In this document: one piece after another, positions 9,605 to 18,779 of the stretch
Numbering within the stretch: the first letter of the stretch is position 1
How the letters are laid out: each line of letters opens with the position of its first letter
Assembly: GCA_963701855.1 (NCBI GenBank)
Contig: CAVPBK010000006.1
Span: 256,001-320,000, forward strand
DNA from: Nitrospirota bacterium
GTDB taxonomy: Bacteria; Nitrospirota; Nitrospiria; Nitrospirales; Nitrospiraceae
DNA: 64,000 bases
Direction of reading: 5' to 3'
Notes under the pieces: model-generated
Told to the model about the DNA's origin: nothing
The model's input: only the letters and a program-made list of their open reading frames with translations
Databases searched by the model: none
Made by a program: the position numbers and the translations under genes

Positions 9605-10029
9605 CGGACCCCATGTGCAAAGCCTGCCAGGGCAGCTGGCCGGAAGAAGACCATTTCATCGCTGACCTCGGCCTCTCTAAGGCCTATCTGCACGACGATC
9701 AGTTCTTCCCAGGCTGGACCGTTGTCCTGTTCAAACGCCACGCGATAGAGCTGTTTCTTATGGCGCCCACGGAACGGATTCAGCTAATGGAGGAAGTGAA
9801 CCTGATTGCCAAAGTTGTCGCCCAAATCTATGAAGCCAGAAAGATCAACTATGAACTCCTCGGCAACCAACTCCCCCATATCCACTGGCATGTCATTCCA
9901 CGACTAGCCGACGACCCAGCCCCCCTCGAACCAGTATGGCGGGTGCAGCACGAGCCCCTGCTCCCTTCGGGATCTGAACTCCAAAACACGATTCAGCGCC
10001 TGCGGCAGGGCATTGAGAATGCTCGCTGA
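9601..10029 (+). CDS. HIT family hydrolase
   Basis: CKAC near the N-terminus and histidine triad HIHWHVIPR. Confidence 0.88.
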   Translation: MTDPMCKACQGSWPEEDHFIADLGLSKAYLHDDQFFPGWTVVLFKRHAIELFLMAPTERIQLMEEVNLIAKVVAQIYEARKINYELLGNQLPHIHWHVIPRLADDPAPLEPVWRVQHEPLLPSGSELQNTIQRLRQGIENAR

Positions 10030-10037
10030 ATAATGCT

Positions 10038-10207
10038 CCCCGCAGCAAACTGCGGGGTATCCTGCAAAATCCTCCGAAGCCACTTCCATCCTTCGCCAAA
10101 GCTACGGAGGGTTCTTCTCGCCTTCACCCCGTAGCAGCCTACTCCGCCGAAGTAGCCACTTCGGCTACGAAGGCCTGAAATTACGAGATATTCGGCGAAG
10201 GGGAATA
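10038..10207. repeat. Hairpin-rich REP/IS200-IS605-like non-coding remnant
   Basis: Perfect 8-bp stem CCCCGCAG-CAAA-CTGCGGGG at 10038-10057, a related CCCCGTAGC half at about 10127 and a further GCCGAAGT..ACTTCGGC stem. Confidence 0.4.
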
Positions 10208-10505
10208 GCCCATGAAGTCATCCTGATCCGCAAACCGGTCATGCGGGTGCGACGTCCCCTTTTCGACGATTACCCGATAGAGCCAGCATAACGGCTCCAC
10301 ATCCCGCTCATCAGCCAATACCAACTGAACCGGCGAACCGTCTTTGAGTTTCGCGCCGACAGGAAAAAAGAGACTCCTCGACTAGACCTTGGCTCGCATA
10401 AGTCGATAGTTATGCCCAACCAGAACTTTGGGGGATATGATTCTAAGTGCTTGGAATCTAAAGGCAAGGCAGCCCATTAATATTTTCTTTAAAAACTGAA
10501 ACATT

Positions 10506-10526
10506 TGATATAATTTTTCCAGGAGG
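10506..10526 (+). promoter_or_regulatory. Extended -10 promoter (TGnTATAAT) and AGGAGG ribosome binding site
   Basis: TGATATAAT at 10506-10514 in an AT-rich patch; AGGAGG at 10521-10526. Confidence 0.65.
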
Positions 10527-10534
10527 CGTATGCC

Positions 10535-10696
10535 ATGTTATACGAATTATTCATGTTATGGATGGTTGGCAGCATTACTGTGGTTCTAGCCAGCATGGTG
10601 CTCGGTGGATTATTGTGTGTGTGGTGTGCCTATAAAGGTAGTAAGCGCTCCCGATTGGTCTCCCACCACTCCGCACATCGACTAAGTCATCAATGA
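10535..10696 (+). CDS. Small single-transmembrane protein, 53 aa
   Basis: MLYELFMLWMVGSITVVLASMVLGGLLCVWCAYKGSKRSRLVSHHSAHRLSHQ; below the ORF-track cutoff; perfect RBS 8 nt upstream. Confidence 0.6.
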   Translation: MLYELFMLWMVGSITVVLASMVLGGLLCVWCAYKGSKRSRLVSHHSAHRLSHQ

Positions 10697-10863
10697 AATA
10701 GCTCCCTCCAAGCTTGCCTGTTTGCCCTCCTCCGTAATGACACCCATAATCAGTTCTGAGTACGGGCCTCGAACAAATACATTCTCATAGAAATAGCTCC
10801 TTGCAAACATTGATATGACTGATGTGGGTACGATGGAAAGGAAACGGGATGAGGGAAAATCGG

Positions 10864-11364
10864 CTAATTGGAATACTCCCGGCTGGTCTTCTTCGTGGCT
10901 TTCCACTTCCACGGCGGTACGGGATTGGGCTGCGACCATAGGCCTTTGCGCTCGGCCCTGGCCAGTTCTTCAAGCGTCTCAAGGCTGGCATCATTGGAGG
11001 TCGATTTTTGCCACCAGGCCAACCCTTCTTTCAGCAGCTCGTGCCCCACATTGCGCCCGTCAAGCAACAATATCTCAGCAAATACCCGACCCTCCTTGTT
11101 TCGCGTGAGCCCCTGCACAACCACGTCGCGGTTCCCCACGTAGGCAATGATCGCACGCTTCGCCTGTTTCCCGTAGGGCTGCTTGGTCTCAGGGCAATCG
11201 ATGCCTTTAAGATAGATCGTTTCGCTGCGCCCATCGTAACGAACGGTCAATCGATCGCCCTCATGGACGGTGACGACTCTCGCGGCAAAGTCCGCCCATG
11301 ATAGAACTGGACATGTCGCTACCAATGCGAGCACAAGACCAGCCATGATGTGATGCTTCACCAT
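10864..11364 (-). CDS. Secreted thermonuclease (SNase) family protein
   Basis: Signal peptide, EGDRL, GIDCPE.KQPYG, GRVFA, LLKEGLAWW, KGLWSQPNPVPPWKW. Confidence 0.85.
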   Translation of the reverse strand: MVKHHIMAGLVLALVATCPVLSWADFAARVVTVHEGDRLTVRYDGRSETIYLKGIDCPETKQPYGKQAKRAIIAYVGNRDVVVQGLTRNKEGRVFAEILLLDGRNVGHELLKEGLAWWQKSTSNDASLETLEELARAERKGLWSQPNPVPPWKWKATKKTSREYSN

Positions 11365-11460
11365 GATTCACATGCTAGCGCCCCCTAGACCATCTGACCA
11401 TCAATTTCTCGATTTTTGGACAACGAGGAAAGCCACAGGGGGATGAAATGTCTATGCCTG

Positions 11461-11673
11461 CTAGTCTGCATTACTCATGACTGTTCGTGGGAAAATCGCC
11501 TGAAAGCGCGTTCCTCGTGAAGCGCGAGAAAATTGGAACAGGTGAGACGGTCTCTAGACTGAAAGCTGAAGTGTTCGGAAAATCGAGTCGCGCTTTTCCC
11601 GCCAGCCTTGCCCGCCTCGCTTGAGCCAGGCATCGGCGACTGCAGCAGAAGTGTTCATGAATAGTCCTGCTAG
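11461..11673 (+). mobile_element. MITE-like element, family A copy 1 (CTAG...CTAG)
   Basis: Left end ctagtctgcattactcatgac and right end gcagcagaagtgttcatgaatagtcctgctag match the ends of the copies at 22129 and 56467. Confidence 0.6.
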
Positions 11674-11709
11674 CCCTGAGCGTAACATGGGAGCAACCAG
11701 CAGGCAGGT

Positions 11710-12612
11710 TTACGCCGCGTTAGAGACAGGGAAACAATACCTATTCCCACCCGCCTCTTTCGCACTGTCCATCGCAGCCTTCGCACTAGCGAACAGGTCG
11801 TTGATTTCCTGGCCATCGAGCGGGTACACCACCATCCCGAGGCTCACCGTAAGGGTCGCCTCCTGTCGCTCAATGGCCCAAGGCTGCGCGAACACGTTCA
11901 AAATCCGATCTCCGACAATTTCCATATCAGCCCGGCTGTTAATCCCTTCGAGCAGGCAGGTAAACTCATCTCCGCCGAGACGCGCGGCCGTATCGACTTC
12001 TCGCAAGCACTTCTTGAGGCGATCGGCCACCTCTTTCAACAAGAGGCCCTCCGACTCCTGCCCAAATGTCTGACTAGTCTCCTTGAAACGGTCCAGCCCG
12101 CACAGCATCAGACCGACCACATGTTTTTTACGCTTGGCCATGGCCACAGCATGGACCATCCTGTCACGGAACAGCACGCGATTCGCCAGGGTAGTCAGCG
12201 GATCCTGCTGCGCGAGATAGCTCAGATGTTGCTCGGCCTTTTTTCGTTCAACGGCATGCCGAACCGCGCGAGTGAGCTGCGCCGCAGTAGACCCGTCCTT
12301 AATCACAACTTCCTGCGCGCCATGTTGGATCATCTGCCGCTCCGCTGCCTCATCGTCCTTTTCACCGAGCACCACGATTGGCATCCGGCCCAGCGCGGCC
12401 TGGATGAGATCCAACGTATCCAAACCATGGGTGTCGACTAAGGACCGATCCATAAGAATAGCGTCGAAAGACTCGCGACCCAGTCGATGCAGGGCGCTGC
12501 TGAGACGCTCTACGTGGATCACCTCGATCTCCCTCTTATCCGTCTCCCGCAGCATTTCAATGGCGCGCATCGCATCGGCTGGATTGTGCTCGACTAACAA
12601 TACTCGAATCAT
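11710..12612 (-). CDS. Receiver + GGDEF domain protein (possibly degenerate diguanylate cyclase)
   Basis: REC domain (AILMD), DPLTTLANR, I-site REVD, RLGGDEF. Confidence 0.88.
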   Translation of the reverse strand: MIRVLLVEHNPADAMRAIEMLRETDKREIEVIHVERLSSALHRLGRESFDAILMDRSLVDTHGLDTLDLIQAALGRMPIVVLGEKDDEAAERQMIQHGAQEVVIKDGSTAAQLTRAVRHAVERKKAEQHLSYLAQQDPLTTLANRVLFRDRMVHAVAMAKRKKHVVGLMLCGLDRFKETSQTFGQESEGLLLKEVADRLKKCLREVDTAARLGGDEFTCLLEGINSRADMEIVGDRILNVFAQPWAIERQEATLTVSLGMVVYPLDGQEINDLFASAKAAMDSAKEAGGNRYCFPVSNAA

Positions 12613-13205
12613 GCAAGCCTCACAGAACAGATGTATCTCGTCGCCTTGGCAAGGGACTTACGCGCCCATCACGTGCAACAAGACGCTCAACATAGCCCTC
12701 GAAATGAAAACGGTTTTCTTCACCGGCAAACCATCGGACCAGAGGATCGAAATTCGCTCAATGAGAAGATTACTAGACTAGGCCTTCCGACGCCATCAAT
12801 TCGATATATCGATCATGAGGCATCGGCCCAACGAAGTGGAAAATTATACGCCTGGTAGATGCAAATCCCCTATCCGCAGTGATGCAGTCGAACGCGGTAG
12901 CAGGCATGATGTGAGATGTGGAGCCGGCGATCCGGATTGAACGGACGACCTGCGGTTTACGAATCTCCTCCTCCCGAAACTGAGCCAACCCAGCAAGAGC
13001 CATCCTCACGAAGAAACGAAGATTTGGAACAACCATGATCGTCATAGGTCGTCTTGGTTTGGGCTGCTCGATAGTAGCGTGGTAGCACGTCTACGATCTA
13101 ATGATGACAGTGCCCTCGCTATAAAAGCTTAAAATTTTGGTGAGCCCCTCGGTTGAGACAGTTTGGAAATCTTGATCTGGCGGGAGAAGGCGAGAAACTT
13201 GGAGA

Positions 13206-14616
13206 TGTAGATAGCAAGTTAACTTGTCCGGTTTATGGAGCCCATGATCTGTCCGGTTCTTCTCTTCAAGTTTTTCAGCCGCGCGCCGAAATTGTTGCGC
13301 GCACTGTTGCCCTAGGATCGACGATCGTCGGGACGTTCGATCCGTGGGTCGGGCCATTACGGGCTGGGTGGGCGCGTTCGGTCTCGATCAGCCGGCCATC
13401 CGCCTGGTAGCGGGCCAAGCACCGGGGGCCATGGAACACGGCCACGGTCCCATCCGGATAGGCGTGCACCCGTACCGTGACCTTCACATAATGGAACCGG
13501 TGGGGGTCCTGCGGAATCTGCAGGCTCGTGCCCTGATACCGCACCGTATTGTCCTTGGCCACGACCCGCTCGTCTTGCACACACAGAATCTCGGCGAGGG
13601 ACGTACCGACCCACGGGATGAAGGCGGTGCCCGGTTCGGTCGCTCGCACCATAAACCGCTCGTTATGCTGGGGGAGGAACTGCTCGGTCAGGTACCGATT
13701 GGCCGCCGCCATCTCCGTAATCCCGGCTAGGGCCAACTCTTTGGGCAACCGGCCCTGCAAGGTCCGGAAGGCGCGCTCCGAGCGGCCCCGCGCCTCCGGC
13801 GAATAGGCGGGAATGAGTGTCACCCCCAGTTGCTGCAGCGCGCGGTGCACCTGCGTCAGCCGAAGCGTGTCGACTGTCCCACCGGCCTCCTCTGTCAACC
13901 AGTAGTGCGCGCCCCGGTCGACATAGAGGGAACTAAAGAGCCCTTTCGTCCCGATGACCTCCTGTAAGCTGCGCAAGCTGCTCAGCGTCCCTTCTTCCTC
14001 GACGAAGAAGGCGGAATAGATCTCGCTGGTCGCATCATCGAGCGTCACGATCAAATCCCACTGACAGCCGGGGACCCATTCATGGGTCGAGCCGTCTTGG
14101 TGGAGCATCATGCCCGGCAAGGGTTTGCGAGGCCGCTTCTTGCGGTGGGCCCCGCGTCGGGGAGCCTGGGCCACGTGCCCCGCGGCTTGTAACGTCTTCT
14201 TGGTCCAGCTATAGGACCGCGTCCCGCCATGCTCGGTCTGCCAGCGCTCATGGAAATGCTTCACGGTCCAGCCGGTATAGCGGGTTTGATACAAGGCCAG
14301 CATCGCCACCACGTCATCCACCGGCACGGCCCGGGCGGAGGCTCGGCCGATCCGCCGATCCTGCAACCCCTCGGTCCCCTCCGCATCATACCGGCCACTC
14401 CAGCGGCGAAACGTCCGTTCCGTCACGCCCAACATCGCGCCCGCCTCCGCCATCGTGAGGATCCGTTGCTGCCGTCGTGCATAGAGTTCTTCGAACCGCA
14501 TCTGTCTCACCTCCTGTAGGATCCGTGCCCGTGTCATAGTGGCCCTCCTTGAGGGCGCACCCTAAACCGGACAGATCACGTGCTACAAAAAGCGGACAAA
14601 TGATGTGCTCTCTACA
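13206..14616 (-). mobile_element. Insertion sequence of the IS1202/ISNCY type, 1411 bp, with 16-bp target duplication
   Basis: Ends TGTAGATAGCA..TGTCCG and TGTAGAGAGCA..TGTCCG (reverse complement), each with a repeated GATCTGTCCGG; direct repeat GCGAGAAACTTGGAGA at 13190-13205 and 14617-14632. Confidence 0.92.
13275..14537 (-). CDS. DDE transposase (ISNCY/IS1202 family)
   Basis: N-terminal HTH, MLHQDGSTHEW, LDDATS, LYVDR, AYSPEARGRSERAFRTLQGRL; RBS AGGAGG upstream. Confidence 0.93.
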   Translation of the reverse strand: MTRARILQEVRQMRFEELYARRQQRILTMAEAGAMLGVTERTFRRWSGRYDAEGTEGLQDRRIGRASARAVPVDDVVAMLALYQTRYTGWTVKHFHERWQTEHGGTRSYSWTKKTLQAAGHVAQAPRRGAHRKKRPRKPLPGMMLHQDGSTHEWVPGCQWDLIVTLDDATSEIYSAFFVEEEGTLSSLRSLQEVIGTKGLFSSLYVDRGAHYWLTEEAGGTVDTLRLTQVHRALQQLGVTLIPAYSPEARGRSERAFRTLQGRLPKELALAGITEMAAANRYLTEQFLPQHNERFMVRATEPGTAFIPWVGTSLAEILCVQDERVVAKDNTVRYQGTSLQIPQDPHRFHYVKVTVRVHAYPDGTVAVFHGPRCLARYQADGRLIETERAHPARNGPTHGSNVPTIVDPRATVRATISARG

Positions 14617-14632
14617 GCGAGAAACTTGGAGA

Positions 14633-14669
14633 TTGACTATTTCTTATATGTCTATTATTCTGGACATAT
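14633..14669 (+). promoter_or_regulatory. ars promoter (-35 TTGACT, 17 bp, -10 TATTCT) with an overlapping ArsR operator palindrome
   Basis: TTGACT 14633-14638, TATTCT 14656-14661; inverted repeat ATATGTCTA-N6-TGGACATAT at 14646-14669. Confidence 0.75.
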
Positions 14670-15039
14670 GGATATTAAAGAAGCTCTCGCCGCTTTCGAT
14701 ACGCTGTCGCAGGAAACCCGCCTGCGGGTGTTTCGTTTGCTGGTCGAATATGGCCAGGCTGGTGCGCCGGCCGGTACGCTGAGCGAGTCCTTACATATTC
14801 CTCATAACACGCTCTCATTTCATCTGTCGCATATGAGCCATGCGGGACTCGTCGTGTCGCGACGGGAAGGCAGGTCCGTGATTTACCGTGCCAATTTCGA
14901 GTTTTTTTCAGGGCTGATCCGCTACATGGTCGAGGACTGCTGCCGCGCCGAATTTGCCAGTATCCGCAATGACAAAAAGAAGAAATGCTCGATCATTGAA
15001 CTGTCACACTGTTGCGAACCAAAGGAGTACACATCATGA
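14668..15039 (+). CDS. arsR: ArsR-family As(III)-responsive repressor with C-terminal vicinal cysteines
   Basis: LSQETRLRVFRLLV, NTLSFHLSHM, RREGRSVIY, EDCC and HCC pairs; start at ATG 14668 because the longer ORF extends into the IS end. Confidence 0.88.
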   Translation: MDIKEALAAFDTLSQETRLRVFRLLVEYGQAGAPAGTLSESLHIPHNTLSFHLSHMSHAGLVVSRREGRSVIYRANFEFFSGLIRYMVEDCCRAEFASIRNDKKKKCSIIELSHCCEPKEYTS

Positions 15040-15509
15040 AACGTTTTCATATCCATGTGGGGGTTGAAAAACTCGACGAATCTATCCGCTTTTACAGTGC
15101 CCTGTTCGGCGCAGAACCAGTGAAAATGAAACCTGACTATGCCAAATGGTTGCTGGAGGATCCCCGCGTGAACTTCGCGATCTCCACGCGTGCGAAGAAG
15201 AAAGGTATCGATCACCTGGGTATCCAGGTTGAGGAAGAGAGCGAACTGACGGAGATGCGCGAACGCATCAAAACCGGAGACATGGCCGTGGTCGAGGAAG
15301 GAGAAACGGTCTGCTGTTATGCCCGGTCGGAAAAATCCTGGATACAAGATCCCGCGGGTATTCCGTGGGAAGCTTACCGGACGATGGAAGACGCCCAGCT
15401 ATTTTCCGGTCAACCCGATCACGCTGAAACTGCCTGCTGTACGCCGGACACGATGGGGGAGCCTGATTGCTGTGCACCGTCTGAAAAATCCGCCGGGTGC
15501 TGCGGCTGA
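15036..15509 (+). CDS. arsI: ArsI/CadI-family VOC metalloenzyme (C-As lyase-like) with Cys-rich tail
   Basis: MKRFHIHV, DYAKW, DHLGIQV, TVCCYARSEKSWIQDPAGIPWE; RBS AAGGAG. Confidence 0.82.
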   Translation: MKRFHIHVGVEKLDESIRFYSALFGAEPVKMKPDYAKWLLEDPRVNFAISTRAKKKGIDHLGIQVEEESELTEMRERIKTGDMAVVEEGETVCCYARSEKSWIQDPAGIPWEAYRTMEDAQLFSGQPDHAETACCTPDTMGEPDCCAPSEKSAGCCG

Positions 15510-15943
15510 TGAAGTCTGATGCGTTCAAGGTGTTGGTTCTATGCACGGGTAATTCCTGCCGCTCCGTCATGGCTGAAGCGCTCATCAATGATCTCGGCCG
15601 TGGCCGGTATCGGGCATGGAGTGCCGGAAGTGTTCCCGCGGGATATGTTCACCCGAAATCTATCGCGACATTAAACCGGCATGGTATTGATCCCGGTCAG
15701 CCACGCAGCAAGTCATGGGATGAGTGTGCTGCACAGTCATTCGATCTGGTGGTCACGGTCTGCGATCAGGTTGCAGGCGAAAGCTGTCCATTGTTCCCGG
15801 GCAATTCCAAGAAGCTGCATTGGAGCACGCCTGACCCAGCCAAAATCACTGGATCAGAGACCGAGATAGACGCGGCGTTTGATCAGGCTTTTTTCATGCT
15901 CAAGAACTGCATTGAGCAATTAATGATGAGCTGCCCCACTTAA
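15509..15943 (+). CDS. arsC: Thioredoxin-type arsenate reductase (LMW-PTP fold)
   Basis: CTGNSCRS P-loop, VTVCD...ESCP resolving cysteines, HW..PDP. Confidence 0.88.
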   Translation: MKSDAFKVLVLCTGNSCRSVMAEALINDLGRGRYRAWSAGSVPAGYVHPKSIATLNRHGIDPGQPRSKSWDECAAQSFDLVVTVCDQVAGESCPLFPGNSKKLHWSTPDPAKITGSETEIDAAFDQAFFMLKNCIEQLMMSCPT

Positions 15944-16206
15944 TTTCCGGGAAACTTATTATGCCTGGCTAATCATCCATAACCACTTCAATCAATGCCC
16001 GCATGTTTCCGAGTATTCCAAGCATTACTTTACCTCTGTTGGTTAAGCTTAGCTGTAAACAATCAAGGGACCGTTGGTTCGCTCTCCAGGCGACCAACAG
16101 TAGTATCTCCCTATGCTTTTCAACCATTTCCGATGCCAGCTCACCGTTTGATCATATACTCACATCAATTAAAGCTACCAAAACTACCTGGTTCAGCGGC
16201 AGTCTA

Positions 16207-16260
16207 TGTCACGATCCGTTACTCATCCGTAATGTACCTGTAACATCTGTGGTATATCCT
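16207..16260 (+). promoter_or_regulatory. Putative Pho-box array and -10 upstream of the PhoB-like regulator
   Basis: TGTCACG 16207, CGTTACT 16217, CGTAATG 16228, TGTAACA 16239, then TATCCT at 16255. Confidence 0.6.
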
Positions 16261-16321
16261 GCTCCGGAATTTGAGTTTCATTTGATCGCGCCAAATATCG
16301 AACTTAATCACTGATGATGAC

Positions 16322-17032
16322 ATGTCACCCCATACACCCAAGAAGATACTGATCATCGAAGACGAGACAGACATTGCTCAGTTGGTGAAACTCTATCTTG
16401 AAAAAGATGAGTTTCGAGCGACGATCGCCACGACTGGTACCGAAGGTCTCGCGCAGATTAAGTCCGACCGGCCCGACATGGTCATTCTGGACCTCATGCT
16501 CCCTGAGATGGACGGATTAGAGATCTGCAAGAAGATCCGTACTGCGCCGGACACCGCCTTGCTCCCGGTCTTGATGTTGACCGCCAAGGCTGAAGAGTCC
16601 GACACCGTCATCGGGCTCGAACTGGGGGCTGATGACTACGTCACAAAGCCGTTCAGCCCCAAAGTGCTAGTCACCCGGGTGAAGGCCTTGTTCCGACGAT
16701 TGGAGCGAGCCGAAGACCCGAAACAAACATCTTACACATATGGTCCGTTGCTGGTGGATCTCTCGCGACACGAAGCACTGGTTGACGGCAAAGAAATTCC
16801 CTTGACCGCAAAGGAATTCGGATTGCTCGAACAACTCCTGCACCACCCTGGCCGGGTGTTGACCCGCGATGTTCTCTTGAATACGGTGTGGGGCTATGAC
16901 TACTACGGCACCACCCGAACCGTAGACGTGCATATCCGTCGTCTAAAGCTCAAGATCCCGCTACTCGACGAAGCCATCATCTCGGTCAAATCTCTCGGAT
17001 ACAAGCTATCTGATCAAATCCCTGTGAAGTAG
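16322..17032 (+). CDS. OmpR/PhoB-family response regulator, PhoB/PhoP-like, with no adjacent kinase
   Basis: IIEDE, ILDLMLP, LTAKAEESDTVIGLELGADDYVTKPFSP, TRTVDVHIRRL; phosphate gene context. Confidence 0.88.
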   Translation: MSPHTPKKILIIEDETDIAQLVKLYLEKDEFRATIATTGTEGLAQIKSDRPDMVILDLMLPEMDGLEICKKIRTAPDTALLPVLMLTAKAEESDTVIGLELGADDYVTKPFSPKVLVTRVKALFRRLERAEDPKQTSYTYGPLLVDLSRHEALVDGKEIPLTAKEFGLLEQLLHHPGRVLTRDVLLNTVWGYDYYGTTRTVDVHIRRLKLKIPLLDEAIISVKSLGYKLSDQIPVK

Positions 17033-17054
17033 CTTGAATCGACGATCTGTACAG

Positions 17055-17354
17055 ATGACCGTGGCATGCAAATGGCCTCTCCTCTTTTCGTGTTGTCTCC
17101 TGTCTCTCCTTGTGTCTTGCAGTCATCCTCGAGTGGATGAATTCGAAGCCAGTATTGGCCAGATCACACAGGACGACATGATCCGTCGATTCGGCTACCC
17201 TCAGCGGTTCAAGAAGCTTCCGACCGGGAGTGAAGTGTGGGACTACGAATTCCTGGCAGGGAACTCTCGCTGTGTGGGGTACCGCGTCTACTTTGACGAG
17301 GACCGTCGATCTCAACGGTGGGAACCACGGAACTGCCAGATAGGGGTTCCTTAG
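17055..17354 (+). CDS. Small lipoprotein, SmpA/BamE-like
   Basis: Lipobox LVSC; TQDDMIRRFGYP...EVWDY. Confidence 0.65.
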   Translation: MTVACKWPLLFSCCLLSLLVSCSHPRVDEFEASIGQITQDDMIRRFGYPQRFKKLPTGSEVWDYEFLAGNSRCVGYRVYFDEDRRSQRWEPRNCQIGVP

Positions 17355-17396
17355 AAGAACTGAAAAGCGAACCCTACACATCGGAAACAGATCGAG

Positions 17397-17770
17397 TCAC
17401 TTGGGTTTCGGGGAAGTTCGAGCCGTATCTTTTGGAGAAGAGCCTGCATCGATGGGTTCTTTGATCTGCAGACCTATATCTTGCAGTGCTTTCCCATACT
17501 GCCCACAATACTCACGGGCACGCACCGGCGCCTGCTCATACTTCTCCAAACAAGCACGATACGACGCCAGAAGCAAGGTTGCCTCGTTGTAGACAGCAGT
17601 AGCCGCTTCGTCTTGTCGAAATTGTTGACATTGAATCGCAGCTTCTCTATCGACAATGTCTCGCCCGGCATTTTCCCGCACGTAATGTCGATATACTTCT
17701 GAGGACGCGCACACCCGGCTGTCACAAACAGCAGCGCACACGAAGCCACCACACCAAACGTTTTCATCAT
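17397..17770 (-). pseudogene. Lipoprotein gene split by a frameshift near 17612 (or a sequencing error)
   Basis: Frame 1 gives MMKTFGVVASCALLFVTAGC...NNFDK and frame 2 continues DEAATAVYNEATLLLASYRACLEKY; adding one base at GAC-AA-GAC joins them. Confidence 0.55.
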
Positions 17771-18114
17771 TGAGGCTGCCCAATCGAATTCCTCTATCCA
17801 GCATCACTCATACGGTTCGTTTCGAAACGGCGGAACTTAGAACTTCGGATCGCGCCAGTCTCGTTCGTTTCGTTGAGTCTGAGCCTTTACCATCACACTA
17901 GCACAAGAGCATGTTACGTGTTTGTTAACTTCTTCCTCTTCGAATACAGACTACCACAACAGAAAATCCACTCTCCTTCTCGTTATTCAAAGATCACGTC
18001 ACCTTTTTTTCCTCATCTGCGCACTCACATACACGCTTTACACAAATTTGATCTCCCGCTGATCGTCCGGTGCCTTGGACGTAGTAGAAGTACGACCATA
18101 GGGAGGTGACGCCG

Positions 18115-18537
18115 ATGCCGAACATAAGCTCATCGAACCATGTCTCGATAAATACTTCGTCGAAACACCCGAACATCCGCATGCAGAAGAGCGCAAATTA
18201 CACAGATCTTCGAAACGAACTCAATAGACTACGAACGGTGCTCACACACGAACCCATGATGTCCCCTCTGATCACCACAGAACCCGAACTCTTCCCCGAC
18301 CCTGTCGACCAGGCCGCCGCTGAGCACGAGCTCGATGTCGCCTTGTCCGTGAAAATGCTCGCCATCGAAAAGCTTCGCCGGATCGAACTGGCGCTCACGT
18401 CCCTCCATACACATTCATACGGGATCTGTTCCCGCTGCGATCAAGAAATCCCCTATGCCAGGCTCAAAGTGCAGCCCGATTCGCTCTACTGCGTTCCCTG
18501 CCTCACTCTCGTCGAGCAAGGAGTCGCAAAAAATTAA
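18115..18537 (+). CDS. DksA/TraR C4 zinc-finger protein
   Basis: DPVDQA (DxxDxA), YGICSRC..I...RL...P....CVPC; RBS GGGAGG before ATG 18115. Confidence 0.85.
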   Translation: MPNISSSNHVSINTSSKHPNIRMQKSANYTDLRNELNRLRTVLTHEPMMSPLITTEPELFPDPVDQAAAEHELDVALSVKMLAIEKLRRIELALTSLHTHSYGICSRCDQEIPYARLKVQPDSLYCVPCLTLVEQGVAKN

Positions 18538-18779
18538 CCCGATGCCGGACATCTCCTCCGCCATGCCCACACCCGGAGCCCAGCTGCACCCCCCCTCGTG
18601 CACCTGCCTCCACGGGCTTGTCCCTTCCTACCAGGAGAAGGGACAAGCCCCGGGCTGCACCATCCTTAACCCTTACACGCATTGCTCATGCGCGCTTCTG
18701 CGCAGGAAATTCCGATTCAGCAACAGGAGACCACCTGAATGAGTCCCCACAACTCACAACCGTGTAACAAGGAGCAATT

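Noticed and set aside
12620..13190. ORFs between the GGDEF gene and the IS
   Set aside because: No recognisable motif or convincing RBS; possibly decayed sequence
14605..14667. N-terminal extension of ArsR
   Set aside because: It starts inside the IS terminal repeat and crosses the promoter; ATG 14668 fits the family start
13206..15943. Composite transposon carrying the ars operon
   Set aside because: Only one IS copy is present and its own target duplication is intact, indicating a simple insertion
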